In this document: positions 36,208 through 46,839 of the stretch, piece by piece | Layout: each line of letters begins with the position of its first letter | How positions within the stretch are numbered: position 1 is the stretch's first letter | Source of the DNA: an uncultured bacterium | GTDB lineage: Bacteria > JAGRBM01 > JAHCIT01 | Assembly (NCBI GenBank): GCA_964565925.1 | Contig: CAZMGV010000001.1 | Span: 430,618 to 494,617, forward strand | DNA: 64,000 nucleotides | Direction: 5' to 3' | The notes under the pieces: model-generated | The model's input: the letters and a program-made list of their open reading frames with translations, nothing else | What the model was told of the DNA's origin: nothing | The model's database searches: none | Translations under genes and position numbers: made by a program

Positions 36208-39200
36208 ATGGCAGGGCCCCGGGTCGGAGCCCGGTCCGGAGTATCCGCCCTGAAGAACGTGGTTAAAAACTCGCCCTTCCTCGACGCCCTGAACTCCCGC
36301 GTGCTCGTGTTCGACGGCGCCATGGGCACGATGATCCAGACCTATCATCTCACGAAGGACGACTTCGGCGGCAAGCAGGGGGCGAACGACTACCTTGTCC
36401 TGACGAAACCCGCCGTCATCCAGGAGATCCACTCCAAATACCTGGAAGCCGGCGCCGACGTGGTCGAGACCTGCACGTTCCAGTCGACCCGCCCGCGACT
36501 CGAAGAGTGGGGCCTGGGCGACAAGGTGGCCGAGATCAACATCAAGGCGGCGCGGCTCGCCCGCGAAGCGGCCGACAAGTTCTCCACCCCGGACAAGCGC
36601 CGGTTCGTGGCGGGCTCCATGGGACCGACCGGGTTCCTGCCCAGTTCGTCCGACCCGACGCTGTCGAACATCACCTTCGACCAGCTCGAGGAGATTTTCC
36701 GCGAACAGGCGGCGGCACTGGCGGAGGGCGGCGTGCACGCGTTCCTGATCGAGACGTCGCAGGACATCCTCGAAGTGAAGGCGGCCGTCGCCGGCTGCGA
36801 GCGGTTCCGCAGGGAGTCGGGCCGCTACGACATTCCGGTCATGGCCCAGATCACGCTGGACCAGTCCGGGCGTATGCTGCTCGGCACGGACGTGGCGACG
36901 GCGCTCGCGATCCTCGAAGAGCTGCCGATCTCCGTCATCGGCATGAACTGCTCGACCGGCCCGCAGGAGATGCGGGAATCTGTGCGGTACCTGGGCGAGT
37001 TCTCCACCGTACCTATATCCGTCATTCCGAACGCCGGTATGCCGGAGAACGTGGACGGCGAGGCCCACTACAACCTGAAGCCGGACGCGCTGGCGTCCGA
37101 GCTGCACGATTTCGTTACGAAGCACGGCATTGCCATCGTGGGCGGCTGCTGCGGCACGACGCCGGAACATATCCGCAAGCTCAGCCAGTCGGTGGCGGGG
37201 CTCAAGCCCGGCAAGCGGCCCAGCTTCCAGCTCCATGTGGTGGCCTCCCCGATCAAGCCGCTGAAACTGGATATCGACAACCCGCCGGTGGTGGTGGGCG
37301 AGCGGCTGAACGCGCAGGGATCGCGCAAGGCCAAGGACGTCATGCTCACCCGGGACTACGACGCGCTCGTGGCGCTGGGCAAGGAACAGGTGGACGACGG
37401 CGCGCACATGCTCGACATCTGCACCGCCATGACCGAAGCGCCGCTTGAGAAAGAACTGATGCTCACGCTGGTCAGGCGGCTGTCGCAGGAAACCGACGCG
37501 CCGCTCATGGTGGACTCCACCGAAGTGGACGTGATCGAGGCGGCGCTGAAGGTGATCCCCGGCCGGGCGATCGTGAACTCGATCAACCTGGAGGGCGACG
37601 GCTCGCGCCTGCACAAGATCTCGCCGCTGATCGCCAAATACGGGGCGGTCACGGTCGCCATGACCATCGACGACTCGGACCCCGAGATCAAAGGCATGGC
37701 GAAGACGGCGGCGCACAAGCTGCGGGTCGCGCAGAAGATCACGAAACTGTGCTCCGAGCAGTACGGCCTCGAACGCGACCAGCTCGTCTTCGACGTGCTG
37801 ACGTTCACGCTCGCCACGGGCGAGCCGGAGTTCCGCCGCTCCGCCATGGAGACCATCGAGGGCATCCGGGCGATCAAGAAGGAGCTGCCGGGCGTCTTTA
37901 CGGTGCTCGGCGTCTCGAACGTATCGTTCGGACTCACGCCGCCGGCCCGCCGGGTGCTGAACTCGACCTTCCTCTACCACTGCGTGCAGGCGGGGTTAGA
38001 CCTCGCCATCGTGAACGCCAAGGAGATCATCCCCTATACGGAGATCCCGAAAGAGGCGCGCGACATCGCCGAGGAGATGATTTTCGACAAGGCGGAAGAC
38101 GCGCTCCCCCGCTACATCAAGCATTTCGAAGGCGCCGCCGGGGCACCGGCCACCGACCCCCGCAAGGCGAAGATCGACCCGTCGCTGCCCGTCGAGCAGC
38201 GGATTCACGAGCATATTCTGAAGCGCGTGAAAGAAGGGGTGATTGAGGCGCTCGAAGAAGCCCGCACGAAGAAGGGCCTCGCCCCGGTCGAGATCATCAA
38301 TACGATCCTGCTGCCCGCCATGAAGGACGTGGGCGACCGCATGGCGACGGGCGAAATCATCCTGCCGTTCGTGCTCCAGTCGGCGGAGGTGATGAAGCGC
38401 GCGGTCACGCACCTGGAACAGTATCTGGACAAGGACCAGTCGGTGTCGAAGGGCAATGTGGTGATCGCCACCGTCTACGGCGACGTACACGACATCGGCA
38501 AGAATCTCGTAAAGACCATCTGGTCGAACAACGGCTACACGGTACATGACCTCGGCAAACAGGTGCCGCTCAACACGATCCTCGCCAAGGCGCAGGAGGT
38601 GGGCGCGGTCGCCATCGGCCTCTCGGCGCTGCTCGTCACCACCTCCAAGCAGATGCGGTTCTGCATCGAGGAACTGGACAAGCAGAAGCTCCCCTACGTG
38701 CTGATCGTGGGCGGGGCCGCCATCAACCGGGAATACGTCTCGCGGATCTCGATCACCGACGGAGAAAGCCCCTACCGGAACGGCGTCTTCTATTCGAAGG
38801 ATGCCTTCGAAGGGCTCCATCACCTGAACGCGGTCGCCGACAAGAAGACCAAGGCCGCCTATGTCGCCGACAACCTCCGCGACAACCAGGAACGCTACTT
38901 CGCGTCGCTGAAGAAACAGGAGAAGCAGAAGGCGGCGCTGGCGAGCGCCCCCGCCGGAAAGAGCGCCGTCCGCCGCGACGCGCCGGTGCCGAAGCCGCCG
39001 TTCTGGGGGCCGAAGGTGCTGGCCGACGTGGACCTGAAAGAGGTGTTCCCGCTCATCGACAGGAAGGCGCTGTTCGGCCACTCGTGGGGGGTGCTCAAGC
39101 GCAAGCGGTCGCAGGAAGAGTACGAGAAGGATCTGAAAGAAACTTTCGAGCCGCTGCTCGCAGACCTTCAGGCGCAGGTGATCAGGGACAAAACCCTCCA

Positions 39201-39750
39201 GCCCCGCTCGGTGTACGGATATTTCCCCGCCTGGGCGGACGGCAATTCGGTCGTCGTGTTCGATCCGAAGAACCCCGACAGGGAGCTGGGCCGGTTCAGC
39301 TTCCCCCGGCAGCCGGACCGTGAATACCTCTGCCTGTCCGATTTCCTCTCACCGAAAGAGCGCGGCGTGAAAGACGTGCTGGCGCTGGACGTGGTCACCG
39401 TCGGCGACCGGGTGAGCGAAGTGTGCAAGGCGCTGGACGCCAGGGGCGACTACACGGGCAGCCTGTACCTCCACGGCCTCGGCGTGCAGACGGCCGAAGC
39501 GATGGCGGAATACATCCACCAGAAAATCCGGAAGGACCTCGGGATCGCGGGCGGCCAGCGCTACTCGTTCGGCTACCCCGCCTGTCCGGATCTCTCGCAG
39601 CAGAAATTCCTGTTCGACCTGCTCGGCGCCGAGAAGGCCATCGGTACCGTACTGACAGAGGGCTTCCAGATCATCCCCGAGGCCTCCACGGCGGCGTTCG
39701 TGTGCCATCACCCGGAAGCCCGCTATTTCAGCGTGACGAATACCGACTGA
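36208..39750 (+). CDS. metH: cobalamin-dependent methionine synthase (four-module MetH)
   Basis: Hcy-binding (LVFDGAMGTMIQ), pterin-binding, B12-binding (GDVHDIGKN, DxHxxG) and C-terminal AdoMet reactivation modules are all present. Start set at MAGPRVG. The ORF opens at 36136. Confidence 0.85.
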   Translation: MAGPRVGARSGVSALKNVVKNSPFLDALNSRVLVFDGAMGTMIQTYHLTKDDFGGKQGANDYLVLTKPAVIQEIHSKYLEAGADVVETCTFQSTRPRLEEWGLGDKVAEINIKAARLAREAADKFSTPDKRRFVAGSMGPTGFLPSSSDPTLSNITFDQLEEIFREQAAALAEGGVHAFLIETSQDILEVKAAVAGCERFRRESGRYDIPVMAQITLDQSGRMLLGTDVATALAILEELPISVIGMNCSTGPQEMRESVRYLGEFSTVPISVIPNAGMPENVDGEAHYNLKPDALASELHDFVTKHGIAIVGGCCGTTPEHIRKLSQSVAGLKPGKRPSFQLHVVASPIKPLKLDIDNPPVVVGERLNAQGSRKAKDVMLTRDYDALVALGKEQVDDGAHMLDICTAMTEAPLEKELMLTLVRRLSQETDAPLMVDSTEVDVIEAALKVIPGRAIVNSINLEGDGSRLHKISPLIAKYGAVTVAMTIDDSDPEIKGMAKTAAHKLRVAQKITKLCSEQYGLERDQLVFDVLTFTLATGEPEFRRSAMETIEGIRAIKKELPGVFTVLGVSNVSFGLTPPARRVLNSTFLYHCVQAGLDLAIVNAKEIIPYTEIPKEARDIAEEMIFDKAEDALPRYIKHFEGAAGAPATDPRKAKIDPSLPVEQRIHEHILKRVKEGVIEALEEARTKKGLAPVEIINTILLPAMKDVGDRMATGEIILPFVLQSAEVMKRAVTHLEQYLDKDQSVSKGNVVIATVYGDVHDIGKNLVKTIWSNNGYTVHDLGKQVPLNTILAKAQEVGAVAIGLSALLVTTSKQMRFCIEELDKQKLPYVLIVGGAAINREYVSRISITDGESPYRNGVFYSKDAFEGLHHLNAVADKKTKAAYVADNLRDNQERYFASLKKQEKQKAALASAPAGKSAVRRDAPVPKPPFWGPKVLADVDLKEVFPLIDRKALFGHSWGVLKRKRSQEEYEKDLKETFEPLLADLQAQVIRDKTLQPRSVYGYFPAWADGNSVVVFDPKNPDRELGRFSFPRQPDREYLCLSDFLSPKERGVKDVLALDVVTVGDRVSEVCKALDARGDYTGSLYLHGLGVQTAEAMAEYIHQKIRKDLGIAGGQRYSFGYPACPDLSQQKFLFDLLGAEKAIGTVLTEGFQIIPEASTAAFVCHHPEARYFSVTNTD

Positions 39751-39756
39751 ACGACG

Positions 39757-40617
39757 ATGCCGAACCCCGACAAACATACGGACTGGCGCTCCGAGCTGGT
39801 GAAGATCGGGTTCCCCAAATCTCCGCTCAACGACCTGTATGCCTATCTGTTCCGCACACCGTTCCGGGTGCTGCTCACCGTGTTCGTCGCCGTTTATCTC
39901 GCGCTCAACCTGCTGTTCACCGGCGCGTATCTCGCCTGCGGCGACTGCATCCGCAATGCCGGCAGCGGCTCGTTCGCCGACGCCTTCTTCTTCAGCATCG
40001 AGACCTTCTCGACCATCGGCTTTGGCGACATGTATCCCGCCACCACCGCCGGACGGACGATTGTCGCCATTGAAACCATCACCGGACTCATCACGATCGC
40101 CGTGTTAACCGGCATCCTCTTTTCCAAGTTCTCCCGCCCCACGTCGCGGGTGCTGTTCAGCCGGTGCGTGGTCATCACGACGCACGACGGGGTGCCGAGC
40201 CTGATCTTCCGGATCATGAACATCCGCGGCAACGACATCGTCGAGGCCGGCGTGAGCGTCGTCATCTCGAAACTCGACACGCTCGCCGAGGGCGGAACCT
40301 TCCGCCATATGCACGACCTGAAACTCAGGCGCAGTTCGTCGCCGCTGTTCCAGCTCGGCTGGACGATCATTCACACCATCGACGAGACGAGCCCCCTCTG
40401 GGGCGAAACGGCCGAGACGCTGAAGGCGAAAGACGCCAGCATGAACGTGAGCCTGACGGGAATCGACGAAACCTTCTCCCAGACGATCCATGCCTTCCAC
40501 GAGTATTCCGACGACGAATTCCTCTGGGGCCGGAGCTTTGCGGACATCATCACGACGCTGCCCGACGGCCGCACCCAGCTCGATATCACGAAGTTTCACG
40601 AGACGGTGGAAGGGTGA
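39757..40617 (+). CDS. inward-rectifier-type K+ channel (KirBac family)
   Basis: Two TM helices flanking a pore helix with the selectivity filter TIGFGD. C-terminal cytoplasmic Ig-like domain of Kir channels (VISKLDT...HDLKL). Confidence 0.7.
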   Translation: MPNPDKHTDWRSELVKIGFPKSPLNDLYAYLFRTPFRVLLTVFVAVYLALNLLFTGAYLACGDCIRNAGSGSFADAFFFSIETFSTIGFGDMYPATTAGRTIVAIETITGLITIAVLTGILFSKFSRPTSRVLFSRCVVITTHDGVPSLIFRIMNIRGNDIVEAGVSVVISKLDTLAEGGTFRHMHDLKLRRSSSPLFQLGWTIIHTIDETSPLWGETAETLKAKDASMNVSLTGIDETFSQTIHAFHEYSDDEFLWGRSFADIITTLPDGRTQLDITKFHETVEG

Positions 40618-40653
40618 TTTCGCATCGGGCCGAACTCTGATATACTGGGAACC

Positions 40654-40893
40654 GTGAAAACCCTGACCTTCAAGATCGTCATCGAGAAAGAGCCCGAAGA
40701 CGAAGGCTACTACGCCTACGTGCCCGCACTGCCCGGCTGCTTCAGCAACGGGAAAACGGTGGAAGAGGCAAGGACACACATTGGCACAGCGATTAAGCTC
40801 CATTTGGAAGCGCTGACGGCTCGCGGGGAACAGATTCCAGCGACTCAGCCGAGCATCCAAATAGAAGATATTTCAGTAATATCACCTATTTGA
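40654..40893 (+). CDS. hicB: HicB-family antitoxin (short, UPF0150 type)
   Basis: MKTLTFKIVIEKEPEDEGYYAYVPALPGCFSNGKTVEEA is the HicB N-terminal RNase-H-like fold. Confidence 0.6.
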   Translation: MKTLTFKIVIEKEPEDEGYYAYVPALPGCFSNGKTVEEARTHIGTAIKLHLEALTARGEQIPATQPSIQIEDISVISPI

Positions 40894-41033
40894 GTATCTC
40901 CCCACGCCTATCACTCCATTTTAATGATTTCACAGAAATAACTTCTTCTGGACAGGTTATCCCCATCCTATCTGCAACCCGCAAAGCCCGCTTCCGTCAG
41001 AATGGTTATAGGGGCTGATTAGGAGACTCCACT

Positions 41034-41261
41034 GTGAGTCGAATGCCGCAGATAACCGCGAAAGAACTTCTACGGTTTCTAAAATCCCAGGGATTTCGCG
41101 AGGACCGTCAGGCGGGAAGCCATCTCGTGTTGATTCATCCAGATAGTGGAATTCAGCTGACAATTCCCATGCACTTCGGAACTGACCTCGGCCGGGGCCT
41201 CGCTGTCCGTATCCTCAAAGATGCTGGATTCAGCGTCGACGACTACCTGCGGCTCCGCTAG
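41034..41261 (+). CDS. hicA: HicA-family mRNA interferase toxin
   Basis: LLRFLKSQGFREDRQAGSHLVL is the YcfA/HicA motif with the catalytic His. Confidence 0.65.
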   Translation: MSRMPQITAKELLRFLKSQGFREDRQAGSHLVLIHPDSGIQLTIPMHFGTDLGRGLAVRILKDAGFSVDDYLRLR

Positions 41262-41337
41262 GGCACCCGTCCCGCCTCTTGCTCCGGCTCTATGCGGGAG
41301 CCATCTTTCCGGTCGATCAACTCAACTGGAGCCAGCC

Positions 41338-43053
41338 ATGTCAGCCGATCTCGTCATCCGTAACGGAACCCTTTTCGACGGCACCGGAGCACCGGGCCGG
41401 GTGGCGGATATCGCCTTCAAGGCCGGCCGGGTGGCCGAGACCGGCCAAAAGCTCGCCATCAAGGGGACGACCGAGATCGACGCGTCGGGCTGCTGGGTGA
41501 CGCCGGGTTTTATCGACGTCCACACGCACTATGACGCTGAAGTGGAAGCCCTGCCGGGACTCGAAGAGTCGGTGCGCCACGGCGTCACGACGATGATCTT
41601 CGGCAACTGCTCGCTGTCGGCGGCGCTGGGCTCGGAGGCGGAAATCCTGGACCTCTTCTGCCGCGTCGAGAGCCTGCCCCGTGACCTCATGTCGAAATGG
41701 ATGACCGGCCGGGTCACCTGGAAATCGGTCGGCGAGTATTACGACCACCTGGACAAGCTGCCGCTCGGGCCCAACGTGGCGACGTTCCTTGGACATTCGA
41801 ACGTCAGGATCGCCGCCATGGGGCTCGACCGGAGCCTGAAAGTGCCCAAGGCGAGCCGCGACGAAATCACCCGCATGAAGAAGATCGTCGCTGAAGCGAT
41901 GGAGGCCGGATACCTGGGCCTCTCGGTGGACATGCTCCCGTGGCACCGCATGGACGGCGACGCCTACCGGGGGATTTCGGTTCCGTCGCAGCAGGCGGAC
42001 GTGAGCGAATACCGCGCGCTGGCCGAAGTGGTCCGCAAGGCCGGGCGCATCCTCCAGGCGACTCCCAACGCGCTCATGAAGAAGACCGTCGTCGATATTA
42101 TCCGGATGTCGATAGGGATCGGCCGCCGGCCGCTCAAGGCGACGATGATCGCCGCCATGGACGTCAAAACCAACCGCAACATCTGGAAGCTGGCCACCAC
42201 GATGGCCCGCACCGCGAACACACTGCTGAACGCCGACTTCAAGTGGCAGGCGCTCGCGGACCCGTTCACCAACTACTGCGACGGCGTGAACACGCCGCTG
42301 TTCGAGGAGTTCCCGGCCGGGGTGGAACTGATCAGCGCGTCCCCTGAGGGCCGCCGGGCGCTGCTCCACAGCCACCAGTTCCGCCAGCAGTTCACCCATG
42401 AGTGGAACGACAGCAGACAGAAGGTGTTTCACCGCAACTTCGCCGAGATGTACGTGGTGTCGTCGCCCGATCCGAAACACAAAGGGAAGTCGGTCGCTGA
42501 CATTGCAAAAGACCGCCGCCAGGGCGCGCTCGAATGTTTCCTCGACCTCATCGCCGAGCACGACAGCGCGTTCCGCTGGAAGACGGTGGTCTCGAACGAC
42601 CGGGACGAGATCCGCGCGAAGCTGCTCGCCCACCCGGACACGATCCCGGGCTTCAACGATTCGGGCGCCCACAACCGGAACATGGCGTTCCAGGACGGCG
42701 CGCTCCGCACGCTTCAGCAGGCGCTGGAGCTGCCGGAAATCCTGCCGGTCGAGACCGCCGTCCGCAAACTCACCAAAGAGACCGCCGACTGGATGGGCAT
42801 AGATACCGGTTCGCTCGTGACGGGCTCGGCCGCCGACGCGGTGGTGATCGATCCGGCAAAGCTGAAGTCATGGAAATCCGAGGCGGTCGAGTTCAACGAC
42901 CCCAAACTGGGCGGCGCCATGCGGATGGTGAAACGGTCCGAAGGCGTTGTCAGGAATGTAGTGATCGGCGGCAAGATCGCGTTCGAACGCGGCCAGTTCG
43001 TCAAAACCTACGGCGAACAGAAGTTCGGCCGTCTGCTCAGGGCTTTGAAGTAG
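41338..43053 (+). CDS. amidohydrolase, N-acyl-D-amino-acid deacylase (D-aminoacylase) family
   Basis: N-terminal VIRNGTLFDG...GFIDVHTHYD metal-binding start of the amidohydrolase superfamily. About 570 aa with the D-aminoacylase-like C-terminal beta domain. Start at MSADLV. Confidence 0.65.
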   Translation: MSADLVIRNGTLFDGTGAPGRVADIAFKAGRVAETGQKLAIKGTTEIDASGCWVTPGFIDVHTHYDAEVEALPGLEESVRHGVTTMIFGNCSLSAALGSEAEILDLFCRVESLPRDLMSKWMTGRVTWKSVGEYYDHLDKLPLGPNVATFLGHSNVRIAAMGLDRSLKVPKASRDEITRMKKIVAEAMEAGYLGLSVDMLPWHRMDGDAYRGISVPSQQADVSEYRALAEVVRKAGRILQATPNALMKKTVVDIIRMSIGIGRRPLKATMIAAMDVKTNRNIWKLATTMARTANTLLNADFKWQALADPFTNYCDGVNTPLFEEFPAGVELISASPEGRRALLHSHQFRQQFTHEWNDSRQKVFHRNFAEMYVVSSPDPKHKGKSVADIAKDRRQGALECFLDLIAEHDSAFRWKTVVSNDRDEIRAKLLAHPDTIPGFNDSGAHNRNMAFQDGALRTLQQALELPEILPVETAVRKLTKETADWMGIDTGSLVTGSAADAVVIDPAKLKSWKSEAVEFNDPKLGGAMRMVKRSEGVVRNVVIGGKIAFERGQFVKTYGEQKFGRLLRALK

Positions 43054-43077
43054 AATCACCCCGCTCCGGCGGAGCGA

Positions 43078-43158
43078 CCCTCTCTACCATGTAGAGAGGG
43101 TGGGCCTTAAGTAATCTGCAATAGCTGCAAGTTCCCCTCTCTGCGTGACAGAGAGGGG
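43078..43158. terminator. pair of convergent GC-rich hairpins (CCCTCTCTAC-N3-GTAGAGAGGG and CCCCTCTCTG-N5-CAGAGAGGGG)
   Basis: Located between the stop of the + strand amidohydrolase gene and the stop of the - strand aldolase gene. Perfect 10-bp stems. Confidence 0.5.
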
Positions 43159-43183
43159 TGGCGCGTCAGCGCCGGGGCGAGTG

Positions 43184-43828
43184 TCACTTCGGGGTTTTCT
43201 TGGCGTCTTCCAGGAACTGCTTGAGGCCCGCATCGGTGAGCGGGTGCTTGATGAGCTGCTTGATCACCTTCAGCGGGCAGGTGGCGACGTCCGCCCCGGC
43301 CATGGCCGACTGCACCACATGAATGGGGTGACGGATCGACGCGGCCAGGATCTGCGTCTCGAACCCGTAGTTGTCGTAGATCGCCCGGATCTGGCCGATC
43401 AGCTCCATGCCGTCCTGCGACACGTCGTCCAGACGGCCGATGAACGGGCTGATATAGGTCGCGCCGACTTTCGCGGCGAGCAGCGCCTGCGTCGGCGAGA
43501 AGCAGAGCGTGACGTTGGTCTTGATGCCCTCGGCGGTGAAGATTTTCGTCGTCTTGATGCCGTCCTCGATCAGCGGGACCTTCACGACGATGTTCTTGTG
43601 GATCTTCGCCAGTTCGCGGCCTTCCTTGAGAATCCCGTCCTTGTCCACCGCGGTGACTTCCGCCGAGATCGGGCCGTCCACGATCTTCACGATGTCGTGG
43701 ATCACGTCCAGGAACTTGCGGCCCGTCTTGGCGATCAGCGACGGGTTCGTCGTCACTCCGTCCAGCACGCCGAAGTCGTTGGCGTCCTTGATCTCGGCGA
43801 TGTCGGCGGTGTCCACGAAAAATTTCAC
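43184..43828 (-). CDS. fructose-6-phosphate aldolase / transaldolase-family protein (TalC/Fsa type)
   Basis: [14 protein letters not shown]...GVTTNPSL...SAEV...KVP Schiff-base Lys region. About 214 aa, typical of the short Fsa/TalC subfamily. Confidence 0.8.
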   Translation of the reverse strand: MKFFVDTADIAEIKDANDFGVLDGVTTNPSLIAKTGRKFLDVIHDIVKIVDGPISAEVTAVDKDGILKEGRELAKIHKNIVVKVPLIEDGIKTTKIFTAEGIKTNVTLCFSPTQALLAAKVGATYISPFIGRLDDVSQDGMELIGQIRAIYDNYGFETQILAASIRHPIHVVQSAMAGADVATCPLKVIKQLIKHPLTDAGLKQFLEDAKKTPK

Positions 43829-43906
43829 GTCAGGCTCTCCCCTTCGAAAACGGAATCAGGTGCAGGGATGCTACGAAGCGGCCGGTAGCGCCGCAAGCGG
43901 TCAGGG

Positions 43907-44949
43907 CTATTTTTTTGGAGATTCGGGAGGCGGGTTATCCACAGACGCAGGGTCTGCGGCGGATGAACCGGCGACCGGTGCGCCGTCCACCGTGATCTGG
44001 GCCGGCCGGTACTGGAACGACGCGCTCAGGCCCATCAGCACCGACATCGCGAAGTCGTTGGCCCCGTCCTTCGCCAGCAGGCCGGTCCCCGGCTGGAACA
44101 TGCGGGCCAGATCCGTGTCCAGCTGCTTCAGCACATCCTGCCGCTGGCATCTAGCGGCACCAACCAGCGCGTTGGCCACACGGAGATGCAGTTCCGAATC
44201 GGTGACGACGGAGATCACACACGGATGCAGGCTGCCTCCCGAACGCGCCAGCTTGCGAAGCTCTGAAAACAGCGGAGCCAGGGAATCCAGTGTTTCATAG
44301 CCTTCACTGCTGCGGCCCGCATACGACGTGGCCATCCGCCCCAGCCGGTGGAACAGCCTCGACCCGATCGGCGAACTCCAGGCGGAGCGTTCCAGAGGGG
44401 CCGGCGCCGGGCCGAGATCGTCGTCCCGGATCACCAGCACCCAGTCGAAGGGTTTTCCGGTCCTGAGCTGCGCGAGCACCCGCTCCAGAGACAGCCGCAG
44501 GTTGTATCCGGGCACTCCGGCATTATGGACCCGGTACGGTTCCTTGTAGCGGTTGCGGTAGACCCGCTCGAACTCCACCTCGAACGTCTCGTCCGCTTCA
44601 AGCCCCTCACCGGTCACGAACTCGTCGCCGAACACATACATCTCGTAGGGCGACGCCGTATCCACGTCGCTCGGGCTGACGCGGAAGCCGCGGGAATCGG
44701 TCAGGAGGCGCACCGGTCTGGCCGGTGCCGAGTAGCCCGAGAACACCGTGTCCAGTCCGGGCCTGAGCCGGTAGAGATATTTCTCGCCCGGTGCGGGTTC
44801 GAGGATCGGCTGTCCGGGCAGCGGAGCGATTCCGATTCCGGCGAGAAGTTCGAAGGCAGCCAGCGCGGCCACGGCGGCAGCGGCAATCAGCGCCGGGCGG
44901 CGGATTCGTTTCCGGCCGGACGCATCTGCGGACCCATCCGCCGGCGCGT
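43907..44949 (-). CDS. hypothetical exported protein; 5' end unresolved (no canonical start after mnmG stop)
   Basis: A signal-peptide-like RKRIRRPALIAAAAVAALAAF begins right after the mnmG stop, but with no in-frame ATG/GTG/TTG before it. The formal ORF runs into mnmG. Confidence 0.4.
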
Positions 44950-46839
44950 TCAGCGGAGCGCCCCCTGCTGGTGCAGGTGAACCATGAGCACGCTGATCGC
45001 CGCCGGGGTGACGCCCGAGATGCGGCTTGCCTGGCCGAGCGAACGCGGGCGGATCTTTTCCAGTTTCTGGCGGACTTCCGTCGAAAGCCCGCGGACGGCG
45101 CCGTAGTCGACGGTCGCCGGGATCTCGGAATCCTCGTAGCGGCGGGACTTCTCGATCTGCTCTTCCTGCAGTTTCAGGTAGCCGCAGTAGGTGGCTTCCA
45201 CTTCCAGCTCGATCTCCACCCAGCGGCGGTCCCTCTCCGACAGCGTGCCCAGCGCGTCCTCGAAATCCTCCACGAGCGAGGTCGCCCGCCGGTAGTTGAA
45301 CTCGTCGCGCCGCAGGATGTCCCACAGGGACTGAGGCTTGCGGATTTCGGCCGCCCCCAGCTCAAGGAACTTCTGCCGGATCTTCTCGCTCGGCGTGACC
45401 GTCGTGGAACGCAGCCGCTCCGCTTCGCGCTCCATCGCGCCGCGCTTGCGCAGAAACCGGTTGTACTGCGAGTCATGCACCGTGCCCACGCTGCGGCCTG
45501 TTTCGGTGAGGCGCAGCTCGGCGTTGTCTTCGCGCAGCAGCAGCCGGTATTCGGCCCGCGACGTGAACATCCGGTAGGGCTCGTCGACGCCCTTGGTGAC
45601 AAGGTCGTCCGCCATGACGCCCAGATACGCCTCGTCGCGGCGGAGCACCAGCGGCGGTTCGCCTTTGACGTACAGCCCGGCGTTGATACCGGCCATGATC
45701 CCCTGCCCGCCCGCTTCCTCATAACCCGACGTGCCGTTGATCTGCCCGGCGTGGAACAGGCCCGGGACCTTCTTCACCTCGTAGGTGGATTTCAGTTCCG
45801 TGGGCGGCACGTAGTCGTATTCGACCGCGTAGCCCCACCGGACGACCTCGACCTTTTCGAGGCCCGGGATCGTCCGCAGGAACTTCAGCTGCGTCTCGGC
45901 GGGCAGCGACGTGGAGAGGCCGTTGGGATAAATCTCGATCGTGTCCAGACCGTCCGGCTCCAGGAAGATCTGGTGGCGGTCCTTGTCCCTGAACCGCACC
46001 ACCTTGTCCTCGATCGACGGGCAGTAGCGGGGCCCCACGCCCTTGATCACGCCGGTAAAGAGCGGCGATTCGTCGAGACCTGCGAGGATGGAGTCGTGCG
46101 TCTCCCTGTTCGTGTAGGTCACGTAACAGGGGAGCTGTTCGCGGTCGATCCGTTCCGTTTCGTACGAGAACGGCATCGGCGGCGTGTCGCCGTCCTGGCG
46201 TTCCAGAACCGAGTAGTCGATGGTGCGGGTATCGAGTCTGGGGCAGGTGCCGGTCTTGAGGCGCCCGACCGGGAGGCCCAGGTCGCGCAGCGAATCGGAC
46301 AGCGTCCGGCAGGCCGTGTCGCCCACGCGGCCGCCGTCGGTCTGGTGGCGCCCGGTATGCATGAGACCGTTCAGAAAAGTCCCGGTCGTGATGATCACGG
46401 CCCGCGAACTGAACCGATCGCCCGCTTCAGTTTCGATTCCGCCCGCCCGCCCGCCGTCGGTAAGGATCCGCCGGACCATCCCTTCGTGAACCGTGACGCC
46501 CGGTTCGGTAGTGAGCCGCCTGGTCATCTCGGCGTTGTACAGCTTGCGGCAGCACTGGGTGCGGGAACCCCAGACCGCCGGGCCCTTCGAGAGGTTCAGG
46601 GTGCGGAACTGGATACCGGCAGCGTCGGTGGCCTTCGCCATTTCGCCGCCCAGCGCGTCGATCTCCTTGACAAGATTTCCCTTGCCGAGACCTCCGATCG
46701 CCGGGTTGCAGCTCATGAGACCGATCCGGTCGGCACGCGACGTCACGACGAGAACGCGCAACCCCATCCGGGCCGGAGCCAGAGCCGCTTCGATACCGGC
46801 ATGCCCGGCTCCCACTACAATGACGTCGTAACTGCTCAT
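44950..46839 (-). CDS. mnmG: tRNA uridine-5-carboxymethylaminomethyl synthesis enzyme MnmG (GidA)
   Basis: YDVIVVGAGHAGIEAA FAD motif. Full-length 629 aa with MnmG-specific regions (GPRYCPSIEDK). Confidence 0.9.
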   Translation of the reverse strand: MSSYDVIVVGAGHAGIEAALAPARMGLRVLVVTSRADRIGLMSCNPAIGGLGKGNLVKEIDALGGEMAKATDAAGIQFRTLNLSKGPAVWGSRTQCCRKLYNAEMTRRLTTEPGVTVHEGMVRRILTDGGRAGGIETEAGDRFSSRAVIITTGTFLNGLMHTGRHQTDGGRVGDTACRTLSDSLRDLGLPVGRLKTGTCPRLDTRTIDYSVLERQDGDTPPMPFSYETERIDREQLPCYVTYTNRETHDSILAGLDESPLFTGVIKGVGPRYCPSIEDKVVRFRDKDRHQIFLEPDGLDTIEIYPNGLSTSLPAETQLKFLRTIPGLEKVEVVRWGYAVEYDYVPPTELKSTYEVKKVPGLFHAGQINGTSGYEEAGGQGIMAGINAGLYVKGEPPLVLRRDEAYLGVMADDLVTKGVDEPYRMFTSRAEYRLLLREDNAELRLTETGRSVGTVHDSQYNRFLRKRGAMEREAERLRSTTVTPSEKIRQKFLELGAAEIRKPQSLWDILRRDEFNYRRATSLVEDFEDALGTLSERDRRWVEIELEVEATYCGYLKLQEEQIEKSRRYEDSEIPATVDYGAVRGLSTEVRQKLEKIRPRSLGQASRISGVTPAAISVLMVHLHQQGALR

